From: Alistipes finegoldii DSM 17242
Lineage (GTDB): Bacteria; Bacteroidota; Bacteroidia; Bacteroidales; Rikenellaceae
NCBI RefSeq assembly: GCF_000265365.1
Contig: NC_018011.1
Coordinates: forward strand, 2,279,319 to 2,311,318
DNA: 32,000 nucleotides
Reading direction: 5' to 3'
Shown here: positions 1-7,367 of the stretch, one piece after another
Position numbering within the stretch: the first letter of the stretch is position 1
Layout of the letters: every line of letters starts with the position of its first letter
Program-made: the position numbers and the translations under genes
The notes under the pieces: generated by a model
The model's input: only the letters and a program-made list of their open reading frames with translations
Database searches by the model: none
Told to the model about the DNA's origin: nothing

Positions 1-348
1 GTTGATGATCGCCTCGTCCTTCGGGAGCCGGAAGACGCGGGGGCGGGGGTTGCCCGCCTGCGGGCGCGGCGTCACGGTGCCGACTTCGACGAATCCGAAA
101 CCGAGGGCCGCCAGTTCGCGGAACGCCTCGCCGTTGCGGTCGAAACCTGCGGCCAGCCCGACGGGGTTGGCGAATTTGATGCCGAAGACCTCGCGTTCGA
201 GCGCGGGGTGTTCCACGGCGTAACACTTGCGGAGCAGCCACCGTCCGCCGGGAATCAGCCCGATGGCGCGCAGCAGTATCAGTACGACGCGGTGCGCCCG
301 CTCGATGGTGAGCGAGAAGAGGATGGGCTTTATGATGCTACGGTACAT
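1..348 (-). CDS. pyrD: dihydroorotate dehydrogenase (quinone), first 116 codons; the gene runs off the left edge
   Basis: My own reverse-strand translation from the ATG at 348 reads [22 protein letters not shown]...[62 protein letters not shown]. It shows class-2 PyrD N-terminal motifs (NPxGLAAGxDKNGE, GFGxxExGTVTPxPQxGNxxPRxFRL). The ORF is absent from the supplied track because it has no stop inside the window. Confidence 0.9.
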   Translation of the reverse strand, partial: MYRSIIKPILFSLTIERAHRVVLILLRAIGLIPGGRWLLRKCYAVEHPALEREVFGIKFANPVGLAAGFDRNGEAFRELAALGFGFVEVGTVTPRPQAGNPRPRVFRLPKDEAIIN

Positions 349-378
349 GGTCTCAAGTGGCGGTTTCGCTTATGGCCG

Positions 379-386
379 CAAAGGTA
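379..386 (-). promoter_or_regulatory. Bacteroidota -7 promoter box TACCTTTG (TAnnTTTG) for pyrD
   Basis: The plus strand reads caaaggta, an exact TAnnTTTG on the minus strand. It lies 31 nt upstream of the pyrD ATG, just after the pdxB stop. Confidence 0.55.
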
Positions 387-406
387 CTAAAAAAGAATTG
401 ATTTCG

Positions 407-1402
407 CTAAAAGTATTCGCGGCGGTAGCGGTAATGGTCGCGCATCGGCTCGAAATCCTCCGGCCGGGCCTTCAGGCTGCGGCTCTGGGCCTCGATGTCG
501 AACGCGCCCCCGATGGTGGTGCAAAGCTCCTGCCACGAAATCGGCCGGGGCGTCGAAGGGGCGGCCTGAGGCGGGTACCATCCGGCGAGGGGCAGGCCGA
601 AGAAACGGGCCAGCGTATCGACCGACATGGCCGTGGCATTGGCTTTGCCCTGCTCGGAATAGCCCGCGATGTGCGGCGTGGCGAGCAGTGTGCGGGTGAG
701 CAGCCGGCGGTCGATGGCGGGTTCGTGCTCCCAGACGTCGAGTACGCAGGCAAGGCCACTTCGCAGCAGGGCCGCGCCGTCCACGACCTCGCCGCGCGAG
801 GAGTTCAGGATTACGGCGCCGGGTTTCATCCGTGCAAAAAGGGCGTCGCCGGCCATGCGGCGCGTCGTGTCGTCGAGCGGCGTGTGGAACGTCAGGATGT
901 CGGCTTGGCGGGCGACCTCCTCCAGCGGCAGGAAGCCGCAGTGTTCGCGCGCCTCGCGCGGCGGGTCGCAGCAGAGGACCCGGAAACCCCATGTTTCGGC
1001 ATACTCCTTCACGAGCGATCCGACGTGTCCCACGCCGACGACGCCCAGCGTACGCCCGGCGGGCTGCCAGCCCTGCGTGCGGGCGAGGTGGGCCAGCACC
1101 GCCCCCGCCCATTGGAGTACGCCTCTGGCGTTGCAGCCGGCGGCCGTGCAGACGCGGATGCCGTGCGCCGCGCACCACGCCGTGTCGATGTGGTCGAAAC
1201 CGATGGTCGCCGTGGCGATCAGACGGACGCGGGAGCCGCCGAGCAGCCGCTCGTCGCAGCGGGTGCGCGTGCGGATAAGGAGGGCGTCGGCGTCGCGCAC
1301 CTCCTCCGGCGCGATTTCCGCCCCCGGAAGATAACGCACCTCGGCCCACGGTTCGAGGACCCCCTGCAGGAAGGGTATGGCGCTGTCGGCGATGATTTTC
1401 AT
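407..1402 (-). CDS. pdxB: 4-phosphoerythronate dehydrogenase (D-2-hydroxyacid dehydrogenase family with a PdxB-type C-terminal domain)
   Basis: 331 aa ORF starting MKIIADSAIPFLQGV. It has the NAD-binding motif GVVGVGHVGS, a catalytic region (SSRGEVVD...DVWEHEP...TPHIAGYS) and an extra ~70 aa C-terminal dimerisation-type tail typical of PdxB. Confidence 0.85.
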   Translation of the reverse strand: MKIIADSAIPFLQGVLEPWAEVRYLPGAEIAPEEVRDADALLIRTRTRCDERLLGGSRVRLIATATIGFDHIDTAWCAAHGIRVCTAAGCNARGVLQWAGAVLAHLARTQGWQPAGRTLGVVGVGHVGSLVKEYAETWGFRVLCCDPPREAREHCGFLPLEEVARQADILTFHTPLDDTTRRMAGDALFARMKPGAVILNSSRGEVVDGAALLRSGLACVLDVWEHEPAIDRRLLTRTLLATPHIAGYSEQGKANATAMSVDTLARFFGLPLAGWYPPQAAPSTPRPISWQELCTTIGGAFDIEAQSRSLKARPEDFEPMRDHYRYRREYF

Positions 1403-1442
1403 GGCTGATGGCTTTTTCCTGATTTCTACTCTTTACGGGAAG

Positions 1443-1450
1443 CAAATATA
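1443..1450 (-). promoter_or_regulatory. -7 promoter box TATATTTG for pdxB
   Basis: The plus strand reads caaatata, an exact TAnnTTTG on the minus strand, 41 nt upstream of the pdxB ATG. Confidence 0.5.
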
Positions 1451-1470
1451 GGGAAAAATTAAAATTTTTG

Positions 1471-1478
1471 TACCTTTG
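1471..1478 (+). promoter_or_regulatory. -7 promoter box TACCTTTG for the arginase-fold gene / nhaA / FKBP operon
   Basis: Exact TAnnTTTG, 19 nt upstream of the ATG at 1497, in an AT-rich divergent intergenic region. Confidence 0.55.
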
Positions 1479-1496
1479 ACATTTAAAACGGATCTT

Positions 1497-2537
1497 ATGG
1501 AACAGAAAACGTTCGATCCCGACGGGGTCGGTGTGGATAACGGGACCTATTTCGGGCTGCCTTTCGAACCGGAGACGGCCGAGCTGGTGATCGTCTCGGC
1601 GCCTTGGGACGTGACGGTATCCTACGGGGCGGGGACGGCTTACGCTCCCGATGCCATTATCGAGGCCTCGACGCAGCTCGATTTCCACGAACCGCTGGCT
1701 CCCGGCGCATGGCGCCGCGGCATCGCCACGGCCGACGTGGACTATTCGCTGCTGGACGAATCGCAGCGCCTGCGCGGCGATGCGGCGAAGGTGATCGACC
1801 TCCTCGAAGGGGGCGGCAGTCCTGAGGACGACTATGTGGTGCGCAAAATCTGCCGCGTGAACGAAGGGTGTGCGGCCATGAACGCCAATATCGGGGCGCA
1901 GGCCGCGCGCTGGCTCGATGCGGGAAAACTCGTCGGGCTGGTCGGCGGCGACCATTCGACGCCTTACGGCCTGATCCGCGCGCTCGGCGAGCGGCATGCG
2001 GAGTTCGGAATCCTGCATATCGACGCCCACTGCGACCTGCGGGACGCCTACGAGGGGTTCGAGTTTTCGCACGCTTCGATCATGTTCAACGTGCTGCGCG
2101 ACGTGCCTGCGGTGACGAAGATCGCCCAAGTCGCCGTGCGCGACTTCAGCGAGCGGGAGGCGGCGCTGGCCGCGTCGTCGGGCCGTGTCGTCCTGTTCGA
2201 CGATCTGTCGCTGGCGGCCGCCGGGTTTCGCGGCGAAACGTGGGATGCGCAGTGTCTGCGTATCGTCGAAACGCTTCCGCAGGAGGTCTACGTGAGTTTC
2301 GACATCGACGGACTCTCCTACGAGAACTGTCCCCACACGGGGACTCCCGTCGCGGGCGGACTGGGTTTCAACCAAGCCGTCTGGCTGCTGGACACCCTCG
2401 TGCGTTCGGGCCGCCGCATCGTCGGGTTCGACGTGGTGGAGGTCACTCCGGCCCGCGAGGAGCGGATCGACGCCATAACGGGCGCACGGGTATTGTGGAA
2501 GTTGTGTAATTTAACTTTAAAATCAAACGTTCGATAA
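1497..2537 (+). CDS. arginase-fold metallohydrolase (agmatinase / formimidoylglutamase family)
   Basis: The ORF contains GGDHSTPYGLI, HIDAHCDLR and SFDIDGL, the Mn-binding motifs of the ureohydrolase family. I prefer the ATG at 1497 (MEQKTFDPDG) to the TTG at 1476 used by the track, because the promoter box overlaps 1476. Confidence 0.85.
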   Translation: MEQKTFDPDGVGVDNGTYFGLPFEPETAELVIVSAPWDVTVSYGAGTAYAPDAIIEASTQLDFHEPLAPGAWRRGIATADVDYSLLDESQRLRGDAAKVIDLLEGGGSPEDDYVVRKICRVNEGCAAMNANIGAQAARWLDAGKLVGLVGGDHSTPYGLIRALGERHAEFGILHIDAHCDLRDAYEGFEFSHASIMFNVLRDVPAVTKIAQVAVRDFSEREAALAASSGRVVLFDDLSLAAAGFRGETWDAQCLRIVETLPQEVYVSFDIDGLSYENCPHTGTPVAGGLGFNQAVWLLDTLVRSGRRIVGFDVVEVTPAREERIDAITGARVLWKLCNLTLKSNVR

Positions 2538-3917
2538 ATGCGACTATTTTCGATGTACCGCTGGGTGCGCGAGCGCCACATGATCGGTATACGCGGCCGT
2601 AATTTCATGGAGGCCCCTTGGGCCGGGGGCATCGTGCTGCTCGGATGCGTGATCATCGCCATGCTGCTGGCCAATCTGCCTGCGACTTCGCTCTATTACC
2701 GTCATCTGCTGGAGACCGACCTTTCGCTGATGGTGCATAGCCCCGACGGGCTGATCGACTGGGTGTTCCCGCGCGGGATGACCGTCGAGAAACTGATCAA
2801 CGACGGCCTGATGGTGATTTTCTTCTTCGCCGTGGGGCTTGAGATAAAACGCGAGATCGTCTGCGGACAGCTTTCGTCGGCCAAAAAGGCCCTCCTCCCG
2901 GTGCTGGCCGCGGCGGGCGGCATGCTCTTCCCGGCGATCATCTTCACCGCCTTCAACCACGGTACGATGGCCGCCAACGGCTGGGGTATTCCGACCGCCA
3001 CCGACATCGCCTTCGCCATCGGCATCCTCTCGATGCTCGGCGACCGGGTCCCCGTGTCGCTCAAGATATTCCTCACGGCGCTGGCTATCGCCGACGACCT
3101 CGGAGCCATTCTGGTCATCGCGCTCTTCTACGGCGGGCAGGTGCAGATCGGATGTCTGCTGGCGGCGCTGGCCATCATGCTCGGCGTCTACTTCATGAAG
3201 GAGATGGGCGAGAAGCGCATGTTCTTCTATCTGGTGCCGGCCGTGGTGGTGTGGGGGCTGTTCTACTATTCGGGCGTCCACTCGACCATTTCGGGCGTGG
3301 CGATGGCCATGCTGATTCCGATGACGCCACGCTACAGCAAAGAGTATTTCGTGCACAAGATGCGCCATCTGAAGGCGCTGATGCTCGCCGCCGGCACTTC
3401 GGGCGACGATTTCCCCAACGAAAACCACCGGTTCTACCTGCGCCGCATGCGTAATCTCGCGGCCGACTCGGTGGGCATGAGCTACCGGCTGGAGCATGCG
3501 CTGGCGCCTTCAGTGACCTTCCTCGTGATGCCGATTTTCGCGCTGGCGAACGCCGGGGTCGAGATATCGTCGCTCGAATACCTCAATATTTTCCATATGT
3601 CGCCCGATATCGGATCGGTGGGGATGGGCGTCTTCTTCGGACTGCTCGTGGGAAAACCGCTGGGCATATTTCTTGCGAGCTGGGGCGCCGTGAAGTCGGG
3701 GCTGGCCGAACTGCCCGAAGGGGCGACGTGGCGCATGCTCTTCGCCGTGGGGTGTCTGGGCGGTATCGGATTCACGATGTCGCTGTTCGTCGATGCGCTG
3801 GCCTACACCGAACCCGACCTGATCGACCGGGGCAAAATCGCGATCCTGATGGGCTCGACGGCCGCCGCCGTCGCGGGCAGCCTGCTGATACTGATTTTTT
3901 CGAAAAAACGAACCTGA
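2538..3917 (+). CDS. nhaA: Na+/H+ antiporter NhaA
   Basis: The ORF contains INDGLMVIFFFAVGLEIKRE, GWGIPTATDIAFA and LTALAIADDLGAILVIALFY, the NhaA signature helices including the DD pair. The start is ambiguous: the ATG at 2538 abuts the upstream TAA, while the ATG at 2580 (MIGIRGRNFMEAPWAGG) gives a more typical N-terminal length. Confidence 0.9.
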   Translation: MRLFSMYRWVRERHMIGIRGRNFMEAPWAGGIVLLGCVIIAMLLANLPATSLYYRHLLETDLSLMVHSPDGLIDWVFPRGMTVEKLINDGLMVIFFFAVGLEIKREIVCGQLSSAKKALLPVLAAAGGMLFPAIIFTAFNHGTMAANGWGIPTATDIAFAIGILSMLGDRVPVSLKIFLTALAIADDLGAILVIALFYGGQVQIGCLLAALAIMLGVYFMKEMGEKRMFFYLVPAVVVWGLFYYSGVHSTISGVAMAMLIPMTPRYSKEYFVHKMRHLKALMLAAGTSGDDFPNENHRFYLRRMRNLAADSVGMSYRLEHALAPSVTFLVMPIFALANAGVEISSLEYLNIFHMSPDIGSVGMGVFFGLLVGKPLGIFLASWGAVKSGLAELPEGATWRMLFAVGCLGGIGFTMSLFVDALAYTEPDLIDRGKIAILMGSTAAAVAGSLLILIFSKKRT

Positions 3918-3918
3918 T

Positions 3919-4632
3919 ATGCGTAAGACATTAGTTGTCCTCATGGCTGCGGCGTTGCTGGCCGGGGCCTGCTCCAAAAAGACGGGCGGGGGCGTGAAGC
4001 TCAAGACCGACACCGATTCGGTGGCCTATGTGATCGGCATGAACGTGGGCATGAACCTGATGAAGATGGATTCGACGATCAACGTGAACGCCGTATGCGA
4101 AGGCATCCGCGACGTGTTCCGCCAAGGGACCAGATTCTCGGCTGCCGACGCCGAGGTTTTCTACCTGCGCTATATGAATTACGCGCTGCCGGAGAAAGCC
4201 CGCGCCTACGAGGAGCAGTTCCTGCAGGATATTCTCAAGGCCAACCGCAACTACGCCCGCACCGCATCGGGCGTGACCTATACGGTCGAGGTGCTGGGCG
4301 ATCAGGAGCAGATACCCGCTTCGGACCGCGACAGCATCGCGCTCCGCTACCTGATCCGCACTGCCGACGGACAGGAAGTCTACTCATCCTACGAGCGGGG
4401 CGATACGCTGCGCACGACGCTCGGCGGCCTGCTCAAGGGCATGAAGGAGAGCGTCAAACTGGTCGGCAGGGGCGGAAAGATCAACGCGTGGATTCCCTCC
4501 TCGGCGGCTTACGGAACGCAGGGCGACAAAGAGCTGGGAATTCAGCCGAATACCACGCTGTACTACGAAATCGAGCTTGTCGATGTCGATAAATATGCGA
4601 ATTGGTCGCGGCGCAGCAATTTACGCCGTTAA
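3919..4632 (+). CDS. FKBP-type peptidyl-prolyl cis-trans isomerase, lipoprotein (FKBP_N + FKBP_C)
   Basis: The signal peptide and lipobox read MRKTLVVLMAAALLAGAC. The C-terminal FKBP core reads VTYTVEVLG...ALRYLIRTADGQEV...LLKGMKESVKLVGRGGKINAWIPSSAAYG...LYYEIELVDV. The ATG lies 1 nt after the nhaA TGA. Confidence 0.85.
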   Translation: MRKTLVVLMAAALLAGACSKKTGGGVKLKTDTDSVAYVIGMNVGMNLMKMDSTINVNAVCEGIRDVFRQGTRFSAADAEVFYLRYMNYALPEKARAYEEQFLQDILKANRNYARTASGVTYTVEVLGDQEQIPASDRDSIALRYLIRTADGQEVYSSYERGDTLRTTLGGLLKGMKESVKLVGRGGKINAWIPSSAAYGTQGDKELGIQPNTTLYYEIELVDVDKYANWSRRSNLRR

Positions 4633-4659
4633 TTTTAAACCATTATTCCAAATATTTTA

Positions 4660-4667
4660 TAACTTTG
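4660..4667 (+). promoter_or_regulatory. -7 promoter box TAACTTTG for the second FKBP gene
   Basis: Exact TAnnTTTG, 56 nt upstream of the ATG at 4723. Confidence 0.45.
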
Positions 4668-4722
4668 CGCAGGTAAACCCCTAACAGGCACAAACGATTA
4701 AACATATTTGAAAAACAAAACA

Positions 4723-5856
4723 ATGAAAAAAATTCTTTTTGCAGCGGCACTTGCAGGTGCTGCGTTCATGACTGCCTGCGGCGGCAAGGACGGCGGCGTT
4801 CGTATGGGCAGCCTTTCGGATTTCGACTCGCTTTCGTATTCGCTGGGCGCCAATATCGGCTACGGCATGAATCACGAGATGAGGGACATTCCCTTTGATT
4901 TCAAGGCCATCGACAAAGGTATCAAGGAGGGCGCCATGGGTAAGGCCACGCAGGAGCATGACAAGTCGCTCGACATGCTGCGTGAGTATTTCATGAGCAA
5001 GCGCGGCGAGCGTGCGCAGGAGATCGCGACCAAGCGTGCCGAGCAGGACAGCATCCGTCTGGCTGGCGGCGACACGACCAAGGTCGAGTATCCCGCAGCC
5101 GATCCCGCCATGTTCGAGAGCGAGGAGGAGCGTGCCGAGATTTCGTATGCGTTCGGTAACGACATCGGTTACAACATCAGCCAGAGCGGCATGCCCATTC
5201 AGCTCGTATGGATCGGTCAGGCCATGCAGGACGTGCGCGACGGCAAGGCGAAGATGGCCGAGGATGCCGTGAACCAGTATCTGCAGTACTACTTCATGGT
5301 GAAGCGTCCGGCCGAGAACGCTGAGGCTTCGAAGGCGTGGCTGGAGAAGATCGAGAAGAAGTCGGGCGTGAAGAAGACCGAGTCGGGGCTGCTTTACAAG
5401 GTTACCAAGCAGGGCGACGCTTCGATGATGCCGAAGGATCCGCGCGACGTGGTGAAAGTGCATTACACGGGCCGCACGCGTGAAGGCAAGGTCTTCGATA
5501 CTTCGAAGTTCGCAAACCGCTCGAAAGAGCAGCAGGAGATGATGCGCAAGCAGAATCCTGACGGTTTCAACGAGGACGGCACGCCGAAAGAGGCCGATAC
5601 GGAGGCTGAATTCCCGCTCAACCGTGTGATCAAAGGCTGGACCGAGGGTCTGCAGCTGGTAGGCAAGGGCGGCACGATTATGCTCTGGATTCCCGCCGAT
5701 CTGGCTTACGGCCCGCGTGGCGCCGGCCGCGACATCGGCCCCAACGAGGCGCTTGAGTTCGAGGTGGAGCTGATCGACGTCGTTCCTTTCGAGGAACCCG
5801 CTCCGGCGGATTCGACGGCCACGGCCGAGACTCCTGAGGCAGCTCCCGCGAAATAA
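4723..5856 (+). CDS. FKBP-type peptidyl-prolyl isomerase, lipoprotein, with a duplicated N-terminal domain and an inserted loop
   Basis: The ATG at 4723 gives [19 protein letters not shown] (lipobox); the track start at 4708 is a TTG. The FKBP core reads [10 protein letters not shown]...[18 protein letters not shown]...[39 protein letters not shown]...[10 protein letters not shown]. Confidence 0.85.
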   Translation: MKKILFAAALAGAAFMTACGGKDGGVRMGSLSDFDSLSYSLGANIGYGMNHEMRDIPFDFKAIDKGIKEGAMGKATQEHDKSLDMLREYFMSKRGERAQEIATKRAEQDSIRLAGGDTTKVEYPAADPAMFESEEERAEISYAFGNDIGYNISQSGMPIQLVWIGQAMQDVRDGKAKMAEDAVNQYLQYYFMVKRPAENAEASKAWLEKIEKKSGVKKTESGLLYKVTKQGDASMMPKDPRDVVKVHYTGRTREGKVFDTSKFANRSKEQQEMMRKQNPDGFNEDGTPKEADTEAEFPLNRVIKGWTEGLQLVGKGGTIMLWIPADLAYGPRGAGRDIGPNEALEFEVELIDVVPFEEPAPADSTATAETPEAAPAK

Positions 5857-5877
5857 GCAGGTGTGATTCCGAATATG

Positions 5878-5909
5878 ACAGGGCGGACCCCGTGCGGGGT
5901 CCGCCCTGT
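5878..5909. terminator. GC-rich hairpin between convergent genes (bidirectional terminator candidate)
   Basis: acagggcggacccc / gtgc / ggggtccgccctgt forms a perfect 14-bp stem, followed by ttgtcatt on the plus strand. It sits between the FKBP stop (5856) and the GNAT stop (5956). Confidence 0.7.
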
Positions 5910-5955
5910 TTGTCATTGTGCCGGCATTGGGAGGAGGCGTCCGCTGCGGCCGCTG

Positions 5956-6453
5956 TTATAATAGGTATGTCATCGGGGTAAAACGGATTCCGTCCGTGAC
6001 GCGTTCGGCGTCGGTTGCGGTGAATCCCAGTCTGCGGTATATTTCGACGGCATAGGGCGACGAGTTGACGGTGATGCGGGAAACCGCCGGATCGGTGCGG
6101 CAGAAGTCGCGTACTGCGCTGAACAAGGCGCGGGCGATGCCCTGCCGGTGACAGGATGCGTCCACGAAGAGCAGGCTTATGTGGCTACGGTTTCTGACCG
6201 CGGCGACGCCGGCCAGCGTATCCTGCCGGAATGCTCCCCATAGCATCAGCGCGCCGGTGCGAAACTGTTCCGTCAGAGCTTCCGGGGCAATGAACCGGTG
6301 AAAGACGTCGATGCCTTCCTGCGCGTAATCAGGGGCTTCGAATTCTGCGAAAACGCGGCGGACGAGCGCGGAAGCCGCCGGGATTTCCGCTTCGCGGAGC
6401 GGTCGGATGTCGGTTGCAGGCGGGGGTGTCGTGTCGGGAACGATCGGTTTCAT
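5956..6453 (-). CDS. GNAT family N-acetyltransferase
   Basis: 165 aa with the acetyl-CoA binding motif LLFVDASCHRQGIARALF (Q/RxxGxG/A type) and a GNAT-like C-terminal beta strand region (YRRLGF). Confidence 0.8.
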   Translation of the reverse strand: MKPIVPDTTPPPATDIRPLREAEIPAASALVRRVFAEFEAPDYAQEGIDVFHRFIAPEALTEQFRTGALMLWGAFRQDTLAGVAAVRNRSHISLLFVDASCHRQGIARALFSAVRDFCRTDPAVSRITVNSSPYAVEIYRRLGFTATDAERVTDGIRFTPMTYLL

Positions 6454-6471
6454 GGGAGTGATTTTGAAATG

Positions 6472-6501
6472 AAAAAGGCGGCTGGAGATCCCAGCCGCCT
6501 T
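6472..6501 (-). terminator. intrinsic terminator downstream of the DUF3127-like gene
   Basis: The minus strand reads aaggcggctgg / gatct / ccagccgcctt (11-bp stem) followed by tttttc. Confidence 0.7.
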
Positions 6502-6519
6502 GTATGTTTTCCGTCCGTT

Positions 6520-6888
6520 TTAGAACGGCAGGTCGTCCACCTCGGCGGGCGACGATGCATAAGAGGGTTCCTCGGCGATGGGCGGCATGTCGGGCATCGG
6601 GCCTGCGCCGGGAACTTCGGCCTGTTTGGGCTGGAGGCGCCATGCGCGGATGTCGGTGTACCAGCGGCCGTTGTATTCGCGCGACTCGATATTGACCGAG
6701 ACGGTGTAGGCCGCACCCTCTTTCAGACGGGCCACGTCGTCGGGCTTGTTGAAAAACGTGACGCAGATCTTGCGGGCGAACGAACCTTCGTTCATCTCGA
6801 AGACCACGTCCTGACGCTGCCATTCGCCGCGTGCCGACGTTCCTTTTGTCACGGGCATTATTTTGTAAACTGTTCCTTCGAATTCCAT
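6520..6888 (-). CDS. small DUF3127-like protein: OB-like globular domain, Pro/Gly-rich linker and an SSB-type acidic C-terminal tip (DDLPF)
   Basis: 122 aa: MEFEGTVYKIMPVTKGTSARGEWQRQDVVFEMNEG...YNGRWYTDIRAWRLQ, then PKQAEVPGAGPMPDMPPIAEEPSYASSPAEV, then DDLPF-stop. The family name (DUF3127) is from memory of Bacteroidota annotations and was not searched. Confidence 0.8.
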   Translation of the reverse strand: MEFEGTVYKIMPVTKGTSARGEWQRQDVVFEMNEGSFARKICVTFFNKPDDVARLKEGAAYTVSVNIESREYNGRWYTDIRAWRLQPKQAEVPGAGPMPDMPPIAEEPSYASSPAEVDDLPF

Positions 6889-6925
6889 GGTGATGCTGTG
6901 AATGGATTAATAATCTTATTTTCCG

Positions 6926-6933
6926 CAAAGGTA
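6926..6933 (-). promoter_or_regulatory. -7 promoter box TACCTTTG for the DUF3127-like gene
   Basis: The plus strand reads caaaggta, an exact TAnnTTTG on the minus strand, 38 nt upstream of the ATG at 6888. Confidence 0.55.
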
Positions 6934-7148
6934 ACAAAAAATCGGGAGAATCGCCGCACCTGCCGGCAAAATTCCCGCGCAAATTTCTCGGCCGGGGAGT
7001 TTCGGGGCGCCGCGATTTTTTTGTGTTTTGCGTCGCCGGACGGGAAAAACTGCGCAGGCGTGTGCCCGGAGAATTCTATGGATGCCGAAATCGGGGATTC
7101 CACACGTGCCGATTGGCTGTTCGGTCGGATGTGTCCTTCAAATAAGAC

Positions 7149-7174
7149 AAAAAAGACCTGCATTTCTGCAGATC
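7149..7174 (-). terminator. intrinsic terminator after tRNA(CAT)
   Basis: The minus strand reads gatctgca / gaaa / tgcaggtc (8-bp stem with one G-U pair and a GNRA loop) followed by tttttt. It begins 13 nt after the tRNA 3' end. Confidence 0.65.
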
Positions 7175-7186
7175 TTTGATTTTCAG

Positions 7187-7260
7187 TGGACCCAGAGGGG
7201 CATGATCCCACGACCTTCGGATTATGAGTCCGCTGCTCTAACCGACTGAGCTATGGGTCC
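7187..7260 (-). tRNA. tRNA with a CAT anticodon (elongator Met or, more likely, lysidine-type tRNA-Ile2); atypical T-arm
   Basis: The reverse complement is GGACCCA TA GCTC AGTCGGTTA GAGC A GCGGA CTCATAA TCCGA AGGTC GTGGG ATCATGC CCCTC TGGGTCC A. The cloverleaf folds and the anticodon loop is CTCATAA. It is not an initiator: G1-C72 is paired and there is no GGG/CCC anticodon stem. CCA is not encoded. Confidence 0.8.
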
Positions 7261-7291
7261 GTCCGGCGGCTGTGTGCCCAAACCGCGGGCA

Positions 7292-7299
7292 CAAATATA
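7292..7299 (-). promoter_or_regulatory. -7 promoter box TATATTTG for tRNA(CAT)
   Basis: The plus strand reads caaatata, an exact TAnnTTTG on the minus strand, 32 nt upstream of the mature tRNA 5' end. Confidence 0.55.
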
Positions 7300-7367
7300 G
7301 CAAAACAAATCCGAATTCCCAATATGACGCGGAGATTTTTTAGGTCCGGGCAAGCCGCGGCGGGGGC

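Noticed and set aside
387-2375. A 662-aa minus-strand ORF spans pdxB (in another frame) and the arginase-fold gene (antisense). The plus-strand ORFs 227-1408 and 669-1334 were considered with it.
   Set aside because: The composition is Arg/Pro/Gly/Ala-rich and low complexity. The ORF crosses a promoter-containing divergent intergenic region, and the overlapping frames encode clearly recognisable enzymes.
5956-6453. Whether either GNAT acetyltransferase (5956-6453 or 11248-11769) could be a TacT/AtaT-type toxin of a toxin-antitoxin pair.
   Set aside because: No small RHH/DUF1778-type antitoxin ORF lies upstream of, or overlaps, either gene. The second looks RimJ/RimL-like. Neither context has mobile-element hallmarks.
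6934-7148. A 215-nt unassigned stretch between the tRNA(CAT) terminator and the DUF3127 promoter, considered as a possible sRNA. The overlapping ORF 6858-7211 was considered with it.
   Set aside because: It has no promoter box, no terminator of its own and no convincing structure. The overlapping ORF runs into the tRNA and has no start context. There is nothing positive to report without expression data.
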